32,000 bases of DNA from Candidatus Iainarchaeum sp. Its GTDB lineage: Archaea > Iainarchaeota > Iainarchaeia > Iainarchaeales > JAZDEL01. The stretch lies in contig JAZDEL010000002.1 in assembly GCA_043808785.1 (NCBI GenBank), positions 30,001 to 62,000 of the forward strand, given 5' to 3'. Shown one piece after another: positions 31,554 to 32,000 of the stretch. The notes beneath the pieces were generated by a model. That model was not told the origin of the DNA, made no database searches, and saw only the letters and a list, made by a program, of their open reading frames with translations. A program made the translations under genes and the position numbers. Every line of letters begins with the position of its first letter. Positions within the stretch are counted from its first letter, which is position 1.

Positions 31554-31972
31554 GGCCCTGTTATCGGGGCAACTTGGATTGTGCATAGGTATTTTCCCAG
31601 GACATCCTTCTCGCCGTCAAAATTTATGCTCACCGCATTTTTGAATACAGTGGCATCCATGATGTCTTTGCACACATCGTCAAGCGTTGTGTTGTCTTTC
31701 AAGTATGCCACCTCATCCTTGCCGAACTTCGGGTCGCCGTAAATCTGCATGCTGAGCGATTTGCCAGCCTCCCCGACCTGGTAATCAATCCTCTTTATCG
31801 CGTGCTGCTTATCCAACGTTCCGAGTTCGGCAATGGTTGCCGCCTTCAGTTTTGCAACCGCGTAAGTAGTGTCGTGCACCTGAAAGTACTGCCCCGCAGC
31901 CAGGAACGTTAGCAGAAATATAAGCACAACAAGGATTGCAACCTCGAAACTCAGCTGGCCCCTTTGGTTCAT
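31550..31972 (-). CDS. Type IV pilin-like protein (class III signal peptide), 140 aa
   Basis: MNQRGQ|LSFEVAILVVLIFLLTFLAAG has the same KGQ/RGQ plus hydrophobic-helix architecture as the 22908-25312 cluster. Confidence 0.65.
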   Translation of the reverse strand: MNQRGQLSFEVAILVVLIFLLTFLAAGQYFQVHDTTYAVAKLKAATIAELGTLDKQHAIKRIDYQVGEAGKSLSMQIYGDPKFGKDEVAYLKDNTTLDDVCKDIMDATVFKNAVSINFDGEKDVLGKYLCTIQVAPITGP

Positions 31973-32000
31973 AAGGACCACATATTACCCTACTGTTATC

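Overview
This 32-kb window is densely packed archaeal DNA. About 43 genes are supportable, spacers are short, and many gene pairs overlap by 4 nt (ATGA or GTGA). The archaeal assignment rests on Rpo6/RpoK, ribosomal protein eS17, aEF-1beta with its Zn-ribbon partner, aPelota, ABCE1, Elp3, a class I CCA-adding enzyme, Taw3, archaeal-type ApgM, and a tRNA with a bulge-helix-bulge intron and no encoded CCA. Most predicted promoters are AT-rich TATA-like boxes 20-35 nt upstream of the start codon, which suggests leaderless mRNAs.

The backbone is housekeeping: translation, ribosome rescue, tRNA maturation, Rad50, a HerA fragment and glycolysis. Four regions look accessory or unexplained:
1. 483-4260: a toxin/antitoxin-like islet. 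It holds an orphan HicB-like gene, a SemiSWEET, a class II Fic gene with operator-like repeats, a 500-aa protein that by eye looks like a truncated, catalytically degenerate family B DNA polymerase, and VapBC.
2. 16753-18600: a cassette that looks AT-richer than its flanks. It encodes a basic protein, a small wHTH protein, a small Rossmann-like (CARF/SLOG-like) protein and a membrane-anchored PD-(D/E)xK nuclease of the Holliday-junction-resolvase-related type. This is my best candidate for an undescribed sensor-effector system.
3. 22908-25312, 31550-31972 and 10594-12192: five type IV pilin-like genes with class III signal peptides, including a large Cys-rich one, plus a distant orphan PilB/ArlI-family ATPase.
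4. 18601-19080: an unknown 159-aa gene placed directly behind ABCE1-Pelota.

I saw no CRISPR array, rRNA, transposase or integrase. All homology calls come from motif recognition by eye and memory, not from searches.
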